Shown in pieces: positions 8,019 through 15,013 of a DNA stretch of 16,350 bases. The notes beneath the pieces were generated by a model, which did not search any database, was not told where the DNA came from, and saw only the letters and a list, made by a program, of their open reading frames with translations. The translations under genes and the position numbers were made by a program. The stretch's first letter is position 1, and every line of letters begins with the position of its first letter. Source of the DNA: a virus (Duplodnaviria > Heunggongvirae > Uroviricota > Caudoviricetes); IMG/VR virus record IMGVR_UViG_3300002026_000032, positions 1 through 16,350 of that record; one strand, written 5' to 3'.

Positions 8019-9455
8019 GTGGAACCAAATAAACAGCACCCCATTATGGCATATTCAAACATGTCATTGGAAAAGATTCATGAAAAGATATTAGATCTCA
8101 TTGATGAGTATCACAACAAATTTAAAAATGTTGATGGTAATAAATTAAGTGATCCGATCTTAACTACATTCGACAAGCTTGATGTTGATCAGTCAACTAG
8201 GGATAAAATTAGTAAATTACTTGGGTATGCATTGAATTCTAAACAAGAAGATGCTAAGTATTCAATCAAACAGATTATCACTAATGCCGCCCATTGGTAT
8301 ACCAGAAAGCTACCACCATCAATTGATATCAATGATATCATTGGTAGGGCACAGAGTAAAGCATTGAATAAATTTATTACATGGAAGCCTGGGGTAAGTT
8401 CAATAGCCACATATCTAAAACCAGCAATTAGATATGCATTTAATGAGGAAGTTCTGAAGGCTAACGGCCTCACCGGTATGAGTCCACAGCTCATGTCCAG
8501 ATATCTTACGGTGATGGCTATATCACAGAAGTCCGAATCAACTGACCCAACTGAGTTATTGACTATGAATAACGCATCGTTTGATGAGGTTAAACAATTT
8601 GTTGATGACAATTCGATTGATGATGTTGATGTCAGTACCAAGATTCGAAAAAGTAATTCAATCTATGATTACTCATTAACACCGAAGGATATCGAAGCCA
8701 TTGAACGGATTCGGAAGTTTATGAAAGAGAATCCAACACATGCTTCAAATCTAATTCATTCGTTAAAAACTGAATCAACATTTACATTAAGTTTGGATGC
8801 TGGTGTTTCTGATGAGTCGGGTGATACCCACTTGGATAATGTACCCAGTAGTGCTGATGATGTTCGTGTTATTGGTCGCGATGAGAGGTTTAATAGAATT
8901 CTGGATTCACTATTGACAGCTCACCCGAAATTGGATAAAGAGTTTCATATACAGGATAGAAATCTGAACGATTATATTAATGCCCATCTTGATATGAGTG
9001 ATGGGAAAAATATCGAAATGTCCTTGGCTAAATATGATATAACCCGGGGATCATTCGAACGATTTGAAGAGAAATATATCAAACGAAACCCATCAATCTC
9101 ATATCCAAAAGATGATAAAAAAGATGATACTAGGTCTCAAGATGAGGTGTATCAAGATCGAATGAAAGAGATCATGGATGAATTGAGTGATATGTATGAC
9201 CAAAGGGTAAAACGAAATCCTGATGGGAATCATCCTGCATTCACTGAGAATCTAGCAAAGGCTGTAGCTGCGATCAAACTAGGTAATTCATCTGACAGAA
9301 ATTTCATAAACAAAGTTTATAAAATGAATGGTGTTACCAAAGATGCTGTAATGGAACTGCTGACATATATCAATGATGAATCAGATCTTAACGAATCAGT
9401 CAATCATAATCGTGTTGGGTGGATTTCAGACTTACTTAGTAAGCTAAAAATGTAA
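8019..9455 (+). CDS. Divergent sigma-70-family RNA polymerase sigma factor with N- and C-terminal extensions (478 aa)
   Basis: Region 2-like IITNAAHWYTRKLPPSIDINDII...SIATYLKPAIRYAFNEEV (FliA-like), region 3-like DPTEL and TLSLDAGVSDESGDTHLDNV, degenerate region 4-like ITRGSFERFEEKYIK. GTG start with AGGTG upstream. Confidence 0.7.
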   Translation: MEPNKQHPIMAYSNMSLEKIHEKILDLIDEYHNKFKNVDGNKLSDPILTTFDKLDVDQSTRDKISKLLGYALNSKQEDAKYSIKQIITNAAHWYTRKLPPSIDINDIIGRAQSKALNKFITWKPGVSSIATYLKPAIRYAFNEEVLKANGLTGMSPQLMSRYLTVMAISQKSESTDPTELLTMNNASFDEVKQFVDDNSIDDVDVSTKIRKSNSIYDYSLTPKDIEAIERIRKFMKENPTHASNLIHSLKTESTFTLSLDAGVSDESGDTHLDNVPSSADDVRVIGRDERFNRILDSLLTAHPKLDKEFHIQDRNLNDYINAHLDMSDGKNIEMSLAKYDITRGSFERFEEKYIKRNPSISYPKDDKKDDTRSQDEVYQDRMKEIMDELSDMYDQRVKRNPDGNHPAFTENLAKAVAAIKLGNSSDRNFINKVYKMNGVTKDAVMELLTYINDESDLNESVNHNRVGWISDLLSKLKM

Positions 9456-9458
9456 AAA

Positions 9459-9489
9459 TGATGGGCATGGAATAAATCCATGCCCATTA
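9459..9489 (-). terminator. Intrinsic terminator between convergent blocks
   Basis: Perfect 11-bp core ATGGGCATGGA / TCCATGCCCAT with a 5-nt loop. On the minus strand it is followed by CA-TTTTT. It may also act on + transcripts. Confidence 0.8.
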
Positions 9490-9519
9490 CACATCGCGGT
9501 TGAGGTCTCAAGTCTCGTT

Positions 9520-10299
9520 TTAACGCTGTTTTCCCCATGTGGTATACCAAACTGGGTCTACATTCATTACCACGGCAGCTGATGCAATCTTTGACATGTA
9601 TACATGATAATCCGCGGTTGATGTTGACAGAGCATCAAGGTTCCCTGAGTCTGAGTTCATATAACTTTGGATCGTGACCGCAGACAAAGCTGACAGCAAC
9701 AGGGTCGGTGACATGGGTATGGTAAATGTAGGATCAACTGATGTGGTTGGTGTTGCATCAAAAATCTTAGACAGTTCGGTCAGTTGATTGATGAATGACA
9801 TATAAGCCATACGGTGCTGTGTTGCGATGTTTGCTGTATCCATTACGATACGATACTGGAAAATTGCAGCACGAATCAATCTTCTGAATGGAATCAGAAG
9901 GTCATACGCATAATCATATTCACCGGTACCCATCAAGTTTGGATCAATATCAGTGATCAAAGTTCGCAGTCCGGTAGTCGCAGTTTCAACAGCTTCAACG
10001 GACCGGTTGTCGGTTGTAATTGACATTGTGAACTGATCACACCCGTCGGCATTAACTGTAACAATCAGAGCACTGTTGGCAATCATACTGGCTGCTGGGA
10101 TTGTTAATTTATAGATGCCGGGAAAGTTTACATTCTCCGTAACAGTCAGTCCAGTGATGGTTGATTCGGTAGTTGATGTGTACCGGATACATGCAGTTGT
10201 AATTCCAGTGGCACCAACTTTGATTGCGGGTCGAGTTAGTGTATCAACAAGTGTGAATAACACCACACAATCTTGATTTGGGGTTCTTAAAAATTCCAC
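9520..10299 (-). CDS. Thr-rich hypothetical protein, possibly a virion structural protein (259 aa)
   Basis: AAGGAG-N6-GTG at 10299 is preferred to the track start, which overlaps the ATPase gene. Beta-strand-like N-half (FPGIYKLTIPAA) and helical C-half. Confidence 0.7.
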   Translation of the reverse strand: MEFLRTPNQDCVVLFTLVDTLTRPAIKVGATGITTACIRYTSTTESTITGLTVTENVNFPGIYKLTIPAASMIANSALIVTVNADGCDQFTMSITTDNRSVEAVETATTGLRTLITDIDPNLMGTGEYDYAYDLLIPFRRLIRAAIFQYRIVMDTANIATQHRMAYMSFINQLTELSKIFDATPTTSVDPTFTIPMSPTLLLSALSAVTIQSYMNSDSGNLDALSTSTADYHVYMSKIASAAVVMNVDPVWYTTWGKQR

Positions 10300-10327
10300 G
10301 GATATCTCCTTATTTATTTTCTTAGAA

Positions 10328-11080
10328 TCATGTGTACTTAACAACCAGATCTTCCCAATTATCATCATTCATTGCAAAGTTGATCCCTTTAACAAGTGTC
10401 CGGAGATCAACGACTTTGTCTGAGCCATGATTCAGTTGAATCAGATTTAATACCTCTTCCTTAACATTTATAGGAGCTTGTGGATATATGCATTTGAGAA
10501 TGGCTCGCATGTGTTTAAACATGTCAGCCCGGCTAAGTGATACATCAATATGGGTGCATCGAGAAACAACAGCCGAATCGATCTCTGATATGCGTTTATT
10601 GCTAATGAATATCAGAGTTTTCGTGTAGGTGAATGAATCTGGAATCTGATCGTTACTCAATAGTTTCAATTCCAATTGATGATTTCTTGTTCCATTGGCT
10701 GAGATCAGAACATCAGATGGATATGTACTTCTTGAGTTCCAACACACCGGTGAGACTCGGGTGTCCATGACCGATTTCAGAATGTCAATTCCAACTTTAT
10801 CCTTAAGGATTTTATCACAGTCATCGAAGATCATCACTTCGATCATGTCATTCATTTGAGCTCGATACAGTTCGATGTAGAACTCTTTGATTGTTGAATA
10901 GCCGGATACAATTTTATAGCCGGATTTTGATACAAGCCGGTTAACCACAGTCTCAACTGAATGAGACTTACCCTGGCCGGGAAGACCAGTAACAATCAAT
11001 TTTTTGATGTTACTGGTCACAGCCATAGTGGTTAGTCGGTATAAGTCATCGAACACTTTTGGGTATTCTGAGTATACCAT
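10328..11080 (-). CDS. Stand-alone AAA+ family ATPase (250 aa)
   Basis: Walker A GLPGQGKS, Walker B VMIFDDCD, sensor-1 IFISN, Arg finger SAVVSRC. GAGG SD before ATG11080. Confidence 0.85.
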   Translation of the reverse strand: MVYSEYPKVFDDLYRLTTMAVTSNIKKLIVTGLPGQGKSHSVETVVNRLVSKSGYKIVSGYSTIKEFYIELYRAQMNDMIEVMIFDDCDKILKDKVGIDILKSVMDTRVSPVCWNSRSTYPSDVLISANGTRNHQLELKLLSNDQIPDSFTYTKTLIFISNKRISEIDSAVVSRCTHIDVSLSRADMFKHMRAILKCIYPQAPINVKEEVLNLIQLNHGSDKVVDLRTLVKGINFAMNDDNWEDLVVKYT

Positions 11081-11090
11081 ACTATCCTCA

Positions 11091-11417
11091 CTAAGATAAT
11101 TTAATTGTGAACTCCATACACATGGGGTCTGATGGTTGGTCTGGGTATGCAAGCTCGAATGTGAATCGCTCATCATTCTCGTTTGTGTTTGGAAACACTT
11201 TTGCTTTCATCATCTCAACCTGAAGACTGAGATCTGATATGAGTCCCTGAGCTCCATACTTAGGTCTGTTGTTGAACTTCAGAATCAACCGATTCATCAT
11301 ACGAACACCACCGGTCTCTGGGAATACAACCAGATCGCACATGAACTGGTTAATACGCTTCTTAATCATTTCTAATGTCGTTGAGTCGAAATTGTCATGC
11401 ATCAATTTAATAACCAT
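11091..11417 (-). CDS. Hypothetical protein (108 aa)
   Basis: AAGGAGG SD, fits the gene tiling. Weak resemblance to a tail-sheath C-terminal domain (see findings). Confidence 0.75.
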   Translation of the reverse strand: MVIKLMHDNFDSTTLEMIKKRINQFMCDLVVFPETGGVRMMNRLILKFNNRPKYGAQGLISDLSLQVEMMKAKVFPNTNENDERFTFELAYPDQPSDPMCMEFTIKLS

Positions 11418-11426
11418 ACATCCTCC

Positions 11427-12104
11427 TTAGGATTTTAATTTACTGAACCATTTCAAAAAATCTTTCGCAGTGCCTGTCATGTATTTGACATTCTTTCCTA
11501 TCTCTGATACCCTCCATTTGTTTGTGGATGGATAGAAGTCAATACTCGGTTTACCATTCATTCTAAGTAAAGCAACATGCGCTTCAGCTTTATACACGAA
11601 TGGTAACCCAGAAGATTTCAGATCTGCAATATTTCTAACTTCACTCTTGGATAATAATGATTCTGCGTTGACCTTCGGTTTTCCTGACTTATCGAACAGT
11701 TTGTAAACGAATTCACCCGGGGGATACACACCACCGCTATGGATGACTGGTAATAAAGCCCACTCGACATTACTGAGATTAATGTTCTTTTTAATCTTGG
11801 ATAGAGTAATAAAGTTATCGTCAATCGCGATGACTTGAAACAATGCTCCACCAACCTTGGATCTTGTGTCAGCGATCATTAGATACCAACCTTCAACTGG
11901 AACCAACAGATGATCATTATAACCATCCGTTGATTCATTGAATATTGATGGGGGAAACTTCACATCTTCAGTCAGCCAGAAATTGGTTGTATAATGTGCC
12001 GTTGATTCATGATTTGGGTATGAGCACCAAATGGCTGATACCCCAGTTTTTGTTATTGTTAATGGCAAAATAATCAAATCACGATTGTAATTAAATTCAA
12101 ACAT
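11427..12104 (-). CDS. Hypothetical protein (225 aa)
   Basis: Fits the tiling. The C-terminal ~60 aa (LKSSGLPF..AHV..IDFYPSTNKW..GTAKDFLKWF) reads like a small, separate phage domain. Confidence 0.75.
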   Translation of the reverse strand: MFEFNYNRDLIILPLTITKTGVSAIWCSYPNHESTAHYTTNFWLTEDVKFPPSIFNESTDGYNDHLLVPVEGWYLMIADTRSKVGGALFQVIAIDDNFITLSKIKKNINLSNVEWALLPVIHSGGVYPPGEFVYKLFDKSGKPKVNAESLLSKSEVRNIADLKSSGLPFVYKAEAHVALLRMNGKPSIDFYPSTNKWRVSEIGKNVKYMTGTAKDFLKWFSKLKS

Positions 12105-12111
12105 AACAAAC

Positions 12112-12840
12112 TCACTTTTTAATAATTGTTAACACAGCTCCACCCCCGATACCAACTTTAATGCCTTGATCAAACGGATCATAAATAATAGCGGCAGTCA
12201 GTCCGGGCCTCAATACAATCCTTGGTTTTGGTTTATCGAGCTTATCCCAAGATGACACATTCGTCACATGGAACCTCGAATCAGTTGTCGACACCGATGT
12301 CATTTGATATGGTGAAAATATATTCTTACGGGTATGAACAACAGTGACACCAAGATCAATATCAGTTGTTACCTTTATGGAATCCAGCTTAACAGTAATT
12401 ACCGAATCCTTTGTCGATGCTTTAACCGGTATTGAAATGATCGATGTAACCGCACTATCTGAAATCGTATCGACAACTGTCGTATCGATATTAATTCCGG
12501 TCATGACAATCGGTTTTAATACATAGATGGTGTCAAATTTGATAATGGTGTGGGTGCCATCAATTACCGACCCACCCTTACCTTTCGCTTTCATCAGCTG
12601 ATCATACAGATCCTTATCCAATTTCTTCAACTCTTCAATAGATGATACCAGTTGTCGACGCTCGGAAATCATGACTCCGTTCTTGTTCTTGTACACATCG
12701 ACCGAATGCGATAGAGCAAGAATGTTCTTGTCGATTGCTGAGATTGTCTTCTTTGATTCACTCAAGTTGGATGAAAGAATGAATATGACAATCATACAAA
12801 ATATGATTGCCATTAATAAATACACGCTACTACTCTTCAT
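12112..12840 (-). CDS. Membrane-anchored coiled-coil protein, spanin-like (242 aa)
   Basis: N-terminal TM helix (YLLMAIIFCMIVIFILS), coiled coil YKNKNG..IEELKKLDKDLYDQL, beta-rich middle, C-terminal Gly-rich amphipathic strands. GGAGG SD and ATGA overlap. Confidence 0.65.
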   Translation of the reverse strand: MKSSSVYLLMAIIFCMIVIFILSSNLSESKKTISAIDKNILALSHSVDVYKNKNGVMISERRQLVSSIEELKKLDKDLYDQLMKAKGKGGSVIDGTHTIIKFDTIYVLKPIVMTGINIDTTVVDTISDSAVTSIISIPVKASTKDSVITVKLDSIKVTTDIDLGVTVVHTRKNIFSPYQMTSVSTTDSRFHVTNVSSWDKLDKPKPRIVLRPGLTAAIIYDPFDQGIKVGIGGGAVLTIIKK

Positions 12841-13049
12841 GAGTCCTCCAATTCAATAAATAGTTTTTCGATTAGAAACTCAGCTAATTCTGCAGCCTCT
12901 CTATAATTTAGATTGATAACATCTGTGGGAAATTCAGAGTCTTCGTTAACTTGCTCCAACCTGAAATTTCTATTGTCACAATCCCAATTCACCGATGCTC
13001 TATCATCACCTTGAATATCAAGACTTTTCATAGCATATACACCCATCAT
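12837..13049 (-). CDS. Small acidic hypothetical protein (~70 aa)
   Basis: ATGA overlaps at both ends. Start is ambiguous (13049, 13046 or 13031). Confidence 0.7.
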   Translation of the reverse strand: MMGVYAMKSLDIQGDDRASVNWDCDNRNFRLEQVNEDSEFPTDVINLNYREAAELAEFLIEKLFIELEDS

Positions 13050-13384
13050 ACACCCCCATTGACCCATACTAAGTTACCACCACATCGTTTCAAAACAATT
13101 GATGTTTCTGAGTAATCACCATCATATGGGTTGCTAACATTCCGTAAGCATGATGTGTCACATAACGATATAGTTACACCCTTTATATCATGTCTCCACC
13201 GTTTCATAATCAGGTTAACTGTATCACCACTCTTCATACTTTTAATTGATTCCGATGGAACTTCTTGGTTATACACATAAAATCGTTTAATTGATGTGTG
13301 GTTAACAGAAATCCATGATCCAACGAATTTGTCTGCGTTTGATAATGGAATTTGATCGATAACAGGTTTCAATGTAATATTCAT
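13046..13384 (-). CDS. Hypothetical protein (112 aa)
   Basis: AAGGAG-N6-ATG at 13384. Confidence 0.75.
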   Translation of the reverse strand: MNITLKPVIDQIPLSNADKFVGSWISVNHTSIKRFYVYNQEVPSESIKSMKSGDTVNLIMKRWRHDIKGVTISLCDTSCLRNVSNPYDGDYSETSIVLKRCGGNLVWVNGGV

Positions 13385-13394
13385 GATAAACTCC

Positions 13395-14063
13395 TTAGTG
13401 TTTAAGAACTGCACTCTTTAATTTCTTTGGGCAGCGGAGACATGCAGCGCCACAACCAACCCCGGGGCATAATACCAATCCTCTATCTTTGGCTTCTTGT
13501 TCGGTCTTAACAACAACGAAGTCTTGTTCACTGATCATCACTGCAGCCCCATACGCTTCAAGTCGGTTGACTAAGCTGGTTGATGATTTTGAATATGTAT
13601 ATGTAATAATCTTGTTGGATTTAAATTTCTCAGTCATCCCAACAAAGAAGTCAATGTTCCAATCAGCTAAGTCAGAAGACTCATTAAGTCTAACATATTT
13701 GATTGCATGCTTATGACAGTGCTTGGTGATGGTTTCGGCAACCTGTCGACCAAACTCAATTGACTCCCAATCACCAAGCTTATGAACTTCTTTAAGAATG
13801 AATTCGTTTCGATCACGGGATTTTTTAACTGACGGGTATAGCTTCTCAGCTTTACAAGCATAACACATGGGGAATCCAGATGCTTTGTAGTTATCCACAT
13901 GGAAAGGACAGATTGAAGCATTTGGACAATCGAGGCCGGTGCCGGCTGATATGATCGGCACTGCAACCTTGGTATTACCGGTCGATGCATAGAATGTACC
14001 AAAAATGGTTTCAAAGTGGAAATAGTTGCGTGTCGATTTTACTGAAAGGATTACTGATTTCAT
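13395..14063 (-). CDS. GP88-like Cys-rich protein, possible Fe-S/radical-SAM-like (222 aa)
   Basis: CPNASICP..MCYACK, YVRLNESSD, YTYSK, C-terminal CPGVGCGAACLRC and terminal His resemble the phage gene product 88 family. AAGGAG SD. Confidence 0.65.
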   Translation of the reverse strand: MKSVILSVKSTRNYFHFETIFGTFYASTGNTKVAVPIISAGTGLDCPNASICPFHVDNYKASGFPMCYACKAEKLYPSVKKSRDRNEFILKEVHKLGDWESIEFGRQVAETITKHCHKHAIKYVRLNESSDLADWNIDFFVGMTEKFKSNKIITYTYSKSSTSLVNRLEAYGAAVMISEQDFVVVKTEQEAKDRGLVLCPGVGCGAACLRCPKKLKSAVLKH

Positions 14064-14093
14064 TTGAATCTCCTTCTAAGGATTTAATAATTT

Positions 14094-14122
14094 AAAATAT
14101 GATGTGATGTGATGAGAGTCAA
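14094..14122 (-). promoter_or_regulatory. Sigma-70-type promoter
   Basis: TTGACT (14122-14117), 17-nt spacer, TATTTT (14099-14094), in the intergenic gap upstream of the SD and ATG14063. Confidence 0.7.
14100..14114. repeat. Perfect pentanucleotide tandem repeat (TGATG)3, read as (CATCA)3 on the minus strand
   Basis: Read directly from the sequence; occupies 15 of the 17 nt of the promoter spacer. Confidence 0.9.
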
Positions 14123-14123
14123 A

Positions 14124-14405
14124 TCAAATACCAGATGCTGAGTTAAATATTTCACGAACGGAAACCTCAGTTATATCTTTATCAAACATCTGCCTATTCA
14201 ACGGAATCGGTTCGATTGATATCTTTAACTCGGAAGCTCGGAGAGACTTAACTCGTTTGTCTATGTCTATGTCTGACACCTCCGGAAACTCCGGATCGTC
14301 TTTTGTACAATGAAATTCCTTGGATAAGGCTCTATAGATCAACTCAGCCACTGTTGACTTCCCACTTGCGACGCTGCCTAATACAATTACTTTTACTGAT
14401 TTCAT
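14124..14405 (-). CDS. Small P-loop-containing protein (93 aa)
   Basis: VIVLGSVASGKSTVAELI is an NMP-kinase-like Walker A. Too short for a full kinase. ATGA overlap with the upstream gene. Confidence 0.75.
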   Translation of the reverse strand: MKSVKVIVLGSVASGKSTVAELIYRALSKEFHCTKDDPEFPEVSDIDIDKRVKSLRASELKISIEPIPLNRQMFDKDITEVSVREIFNSASGI

Positions 14406-14818
14406 TTCATCACCCTAACTTTTATGCTTGTTAAATTATGTCGAATCAGTTCGATAAACTGATCGGTTATCTTATTCACACGATACACTGAATATGAACC
14501 ATTATGTCTGGGTGCTCGGTTAGTAACCCGTATGAGAGTTCCATCGGGGCAAGACTCTAAACTCTCGTTTGCAAGTTTAACTAACTGATTATACACCCAA
14601 CCACCTTTATATGTTTTAACCTCCTTCCATGATTCTGGTTTTGATTTATGCCCATACTTGTTATTGCCGGTACCACGGATAGTATTTAGATAGCTGTGAC
14701 CATCGAATGTGGATGATAGAACAACACCCCACTTATCGTGTGGACCATCAACAAAGAATGGTTCACCAGTTACACATCGAGTATCGGTTCTTAACCGATA
14801 AGTATTATCCATTGGCAT
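14402..14818 (-). CDS. Hypothetical protein (138 aa)
   Basis: GGAGG-N5-ATG at 14818; fits the tiling. Confidence 0.75.
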   Translation of the reverse strand: MPMDNTYRLRTDTRCVTGEPFFVDGPHDKWGVVLSSTFDGHSYLNTIRGTGNNKYGHKSKPESWKEVKTYKGGWVYNQLVKLANESLESCPDGTLIRVTNRAPRHNGSYSVYRVNKITDQFIELIRHNLTSIKVRVMK

Positions 14819-15005
14819 CATCACCTCCAGGTTTAGATCTCAATACATTTCTGACGTGATCATTGAAGCAAGATGTGCATAGAATCTTATCTCCATGAAC
14901 TTCCGTTGAATAGAAATCGTTATGTGGTGTACATGTCGATACCGATCCACATACACCACATTGACACTCTTTGTAGCACCGGTCTTCATTCTTAGTTGTA
15001 ACCAT
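14805..15005 (-). CDS. Small zinc-finger protein (66 aa)
   Basis: CQCGVCG...CTPHNDFY...LCTSCF Cys pattern. ATG15005 lies just after the upstream stop. Confidence 0.75.
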   Translation of the reverse strand: MVTTKNEDRCYKECQCGVCGSVSTCTPHNDFYSTEVHGDKILCTSCFNDHVRNVLRSKPGGDDANG

Positions 15006-15013
15006 ATCAACAC

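Noticed and set aside
131-8641. Antisense and alternate-frame ORFs over the + block (e.g. 6173-6568, 7651-8028, 8189-8641)
   Set aside because: They are fully overlapped by better-supported genes, lack SD sites and have shadow-like composition.
9500-9511. Near-palindrome TTGAGGTCTCAA beside the terminator
   Set aside because: 5-bp arms with a 2-nt centre; likely chance.
13036-13058. Direct repeat GGGTGTAT x2 on the minus strand at a gene junction
   Set aside because: Only 8 nt, and explained by overlapping SD and start codons; it mainly makes the start ambiguous.
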